A DNA stretch of 20,000 bases from an uncultured virus (IMG/VR IMGVR_UViG_3300013119_000619). Lineage: Duplodnaviria; Heunggongvirae; Uroviricota; Caudoviricetes. A program made the position numbers and the translations under genes. The notes beneath the pieces are model-generated. The model was given only the letters and a program-made list of their open reading frames with translations. It ran no database searches and was not told where the DNA came from. The first letter of the stretch is position 1, and each line of letters begins with the position of its first letter. Below are positions 17,321-20,000 of this stretch, piece by piece. The stretch lies in IMG/VR virus record IMGVR_UViG_3300013119_000619, one strand, 5' to 3'.

Positions 17321-18623
17321 CTAAAATATCTATCAAATCTGAATTCAAAAAATCTTTATAAGTTTGATTTCTGGTTTCATCCAAAAGTGCTATTTCATTA
17401 TATAAGTTTTTTATATTTTTATTTTTATAATTGAGGGAATGGTCTATTAATGAAATCACTTTGTCAATTTCATAATGAAAATAATTACCTTTATGCATAT
17501 AATCATATTTTTTAGTTCTGAATGTTTCAAATTTAGTTTGAAACTCTGTAATATCTTTTTTGACTTTCATTAAATAATCATTTGGTAGGTTTGCAATATC
17601 TATACCTCTACCATGAGGTCTCACTTCCGACATAAAAATATTACAACGTATCTTATCATGAAACATCAAAGATGTCCATTCTAAAAAATCAACAACATTA
17701 CCGATATTTAAGGCGGATAATACAAGATTAATATTTAAAGCATAAACATTAGTAGATTTCTTAAACCATTTTTTTATGTTTTTTTCCAACATAGTAAAAT
17801 TTGCGTTATGTCTTATATAATCATATATCGAATCAACCCCATCAATACTAAAAGAATGTCTTTGTATTCTAAATTGATTCATCAAATCTATTATTTCATC
17901 TGTAATTAACATTGCATTTGTATGCAAAACCAACTCTGTGTCTTTACTATTACCGTCTTTTACAAATTTTCTTAAAAGATTTAGAATATTATTATCATAT
18001 AAGGGTTCACCTCCTGATGCTTTAAATACTTTAATTTTATCCGTATTATTATAAATCCATTTTATAAGGTGGTTGTTTTTTACATTTTGAGGTAAATTGT
18101 GAGATTTAATTGAATTATTTGAAGCATCATCAAATAAAGACATTTTATTATTTTTTTTAAGTTTGTCTACATCTTCCCATATTTGATGTGAAGATCCTGT
18201 ATTGCACATTCTACATGCTAAATTGCATTTATTGGATAAAGATATGTCAACTTCTTTTAAATCTGTATTAAATTTTTCAGGGAATTGCCATCTAGTATAA
18301 AGTCTATGAGACATTATACCTTTGTCTTCTAAATTCCAACAAGTTGAACATCTTTCATCTCTTATATTATTCAACAAATTGCTACGCAATTTGTTGAATT
18401 TTTCATGATGAAATATTTCTTGTGGAGACAACCCTTTTAATTCGTTCTTTGTTAAGATTGAATGAAACTCCTCTGTTTGCTTATCACGAGTGTCATGCAT
18501 CATACAACAAGGAGCAACCGCTTTTAAATCATTTTTGTCATACAATTTAAAAACTATAGCATAAAATGGATAATAACAAAACGTATTGTCTTTCGAAGGT
18601 TCAATCATTATAGTATCTTTCAA
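17295..18623 (-). CDS. Radical SAM protein with N-terminal twitch-like domain (442 aa)
   Basis: N-terminal FCYYPF...APCC...RCSTCW, then CNLACRMC, ASGGEP, LHTNA, FSIDG. Confidence 0.9.
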   Translation of the reverse strand: MKDTIMIEPSKDNTFCYYPFYAIVFKLYDKNDLKAVAPCCMMHDTRDKQTEEFHSILTKNELKGLSPQEIFHHEKFNKLRSNLLNNIRDERCSTCWNLEDKGIMSHRLYTRWQFPEKFNTDLKEVDISLSNKCNLACRMCNTGSSHQIWEDVDKLKKNNKMSLFDDASNNSIKSHNLPQNVKNNHLIKWIYNNTDKIKVFKASGGEPLYDNNILNLLRKFVKDGNSKDTELVLHTNAMLITDEIIDLMNQFRIQRHSFSIDGVDSIYDYIRHNANFTMLEKNIKKWFKKSTNVYALNINLVLSALNIGNVVDFLEWTSLMFHDKIRCNIFMSEVRPHGRGIDIANLPNDYLMKVKKDITEFQTKFETFRTKKYDYMHKGNYFHYEIDKVISLIDHSLNYKNKNIKNLYNEIALLDETRNQTYKDFLNSDLIDILDDYGRTIN

Positions 18624-19803
18624 ATTCTGGCCACTCTTCTAATAAATTTGTATTGTGAATAATATCATATTTTTTTAAGTATTTTATACCTAATTTGAAA
18701 TGTTCATGTTCTTTTAAACTTGAATCGAACAATCTATGAGTTTCATTTCTTTCTTTATAAATTTCTACAATATCATTTGGTAAATTATTTATTTGAAGAT
18801 AAAATGGCTCAACTAAAACATTAAAAAAACTAGGTTTCTTTCTATATTTTAGACAAAAATTTGTTATTTCAGATTGATATCCGACGTTTAAAATAGACAT
18901 TGTTGAACAAAATTCAAGATTAAAAAACGAAATTAATTGCTCGATATTTTTTGTTTTTTCTACAAAATTAGTTCCTCTTCGTATATACTCATCTTTTTTA
19001 AAAACACCATCTAAAGATACATTGATAGTAAAAGACTGAAATTTGTCATAAATTGCTCTAAAATTTTTCACAAGTTTTGACATATTAGAAAAAACGACAA
19101 GATGTATACGTTCAGCAAATCTATTTTTTATTATCCATTGAATAAACTCATAAAATTCATCATTGATAAAAGGTTCTCCACCAGAAATAATTATGCGCCT
19201 TATATTAGGAATTAATGTTATTAACTCCTTATAAAATTTTTCATTAAAATTATATGTAATCGAATTCATATCCAGTACAAATTCATAATCGAATGATTCT
19301 TGATATAATTTACCATATTTCTCAAAACTTGCTTTACTAATACTATCTTTCAATTCTTTAAAAACCGTCATTTCTTTTTTGTCATTTCTTTCTTGTGCCC
19401 ATCTAGAAGATGAATAAGGACCACATGTCAAACATTTCAAATTACAAAGATTGCCAAATTTCAATTTTATTGTATCAGAAGTTGGTCTTAAAAATTTATT
19501 ATTTTTAAATTGTTTAATAATGTTTTTATTTATTTTTGTTTCTCTTCTCGACCAAGAATTTAGTTCTTCACGTTCTATACAATGAATACATGTGCCTCGT
19601 ATTTTTTCTGTTAATTCACCTCTTATCATATCAAATCTAATTTCATTTAGATATTCCGAATTAAAATATTCTAAAATAGATTTATCATTTGTATTGATTT
19701 TTGAACTTAATCTCGCATCACTACATAACTTATATTCGTTGAGAGAATCAACATAGACATATGTAAAAGGAAGGGCACAAAAAACTTTGTTGTCTATTTC
19801 CAT
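18601..19803 (-). CDS. Radical SAM protein with N-terminal twitch-like domain (400 aa)
   Basis: N-terminal FCALPF...KLCS...TCIHC, then CNLKCLTC, ISGGEPF, VFSNM, VSLDG. Confidence 0.9.
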   Translation of the reverse strand: MEIDNKVFCALPFTYVYVDSLNEYKLCSDARLSSKINTNDKSILEYFNSEYLNEIRFDMIRGELTEKIRGTCIHCIEREELNSWSRRETKINKNIIKQFKNNKFLRPTSDTIKLKFGNLCNLKCLTCGPYSSSRWAQERNDKKEMTVFKELKDSISKASFEKYGKLYQESFDYEFVLDMNSITYNFNEKFYKELITLIPNIRRIIISGGEPFINDEFYEFIQWIIKNRFAERIHLVVFSNMSKLVKNFRAIYDKFQSFTINVSLDGVFKKDEYIRRGTNFVEKTKNIEQLISFFNLEFCSTMSILNVGYQSEITNFCLKYRKKPSFFNVLVEPFYLQINNLPNDIVEIYKERNETHRLFDSSLKEHEHFKLGIKYLKKYDIIHNTNLLEEWPEFERYYND

Positions 19804-20000
19804 AATGGTAATTTACAATTTGATTTTCTCTTAGGTATTTTACTATCAGCAGAACTTACACATGCATCTGTAATGCATACTTTTGGCTCATCGAATAGTT
19901 TGAATCCTGTCTCAATATTTCCTAAAGGACTATCTCCGCAAGAATAAGACCGCTTAATGCTCCCATCAGGCTCGCGGATAATGCAACTGCGATAGCCAGT
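19794..20000 (-). CDS. C-terminal end of a probable radical SAM (SPASM/twitch-type) protein, truncated by the right edge
   Basis: Hand translation TGYRSCIIREPDGSIKRSYSCGDSPLGNIETGFKLFDEPKVCITDACVSSADSKIPKRKSNCKLPLWK*. The I-x-x-x-D-G...C...LGNI...C-x4-C pattern is SPASM-like, and the TAG at 19794 overlaps the next ATG region by 10 nt. Confidence 0.72.
   Translation of the reverse strand, partial: TGYRSCIIREPDGSIKRSYSCGDSPLGNIETGFKLFDEPKVCITDACVSSADSKIPKRKSNCKLPLWK

Noticed and set aside
1..20000. Stop-codon reassignment (alternative genetic code)
   Set aside because: Genes tile the window under the standard code, and TAA, TGA and TAG all occur as stops at tight gene junctions.
10596..20000. 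Cellular LPS/capsule locus or classical RiPP cluster
   Set aside because: No flippase, polymerase, ABC exporter, nucleotide-sugar synthesis genes, peptidase or precursor-peptide gene is visible. The overlapping gene packing leaves no room for a precursor.

Overview
AT-rich, gene-dense window that looks like part of a large T4-like (myovirus) phage genome; this is inferred from gene content, TATAAATA late-promoter motifs and the absence of housekeeping genes. Left (minus strand, 1-6502): two giant multidomain glycosyltransferase/methyltransferase genes and a hypothetical gene. Centre (6525-6877): a circularly permuted, two-piece tmRNA (ssrA) gene with tag ANNNDYTSAQVALAA and a T4-type late promoter motif upstream. 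Its 105-nt intervening segment is almost exactly filled by a 30-codon hydrophobic ORF, and its coding piece contains a perfect TTGACA-N17-TATAAT promoter pointing at the glycosyltransferase genes. Next (plus strand, 6898-10609): two paralogous Ser/Thr/Gly/Tyr-rich putative virion proteins sharing a DNYGDDDDTF motif, flanking an acidic protein. Right (minus strand, 10596-20000): a tightly overlapping run of four radical SAM genes (one partial), three small GT-A-like transferases, a GT-B-like protein, two SGNH-like proteins and two methyltransferase-like paralogs. All functional calls rest on motifs read by eye; no database searches were run.
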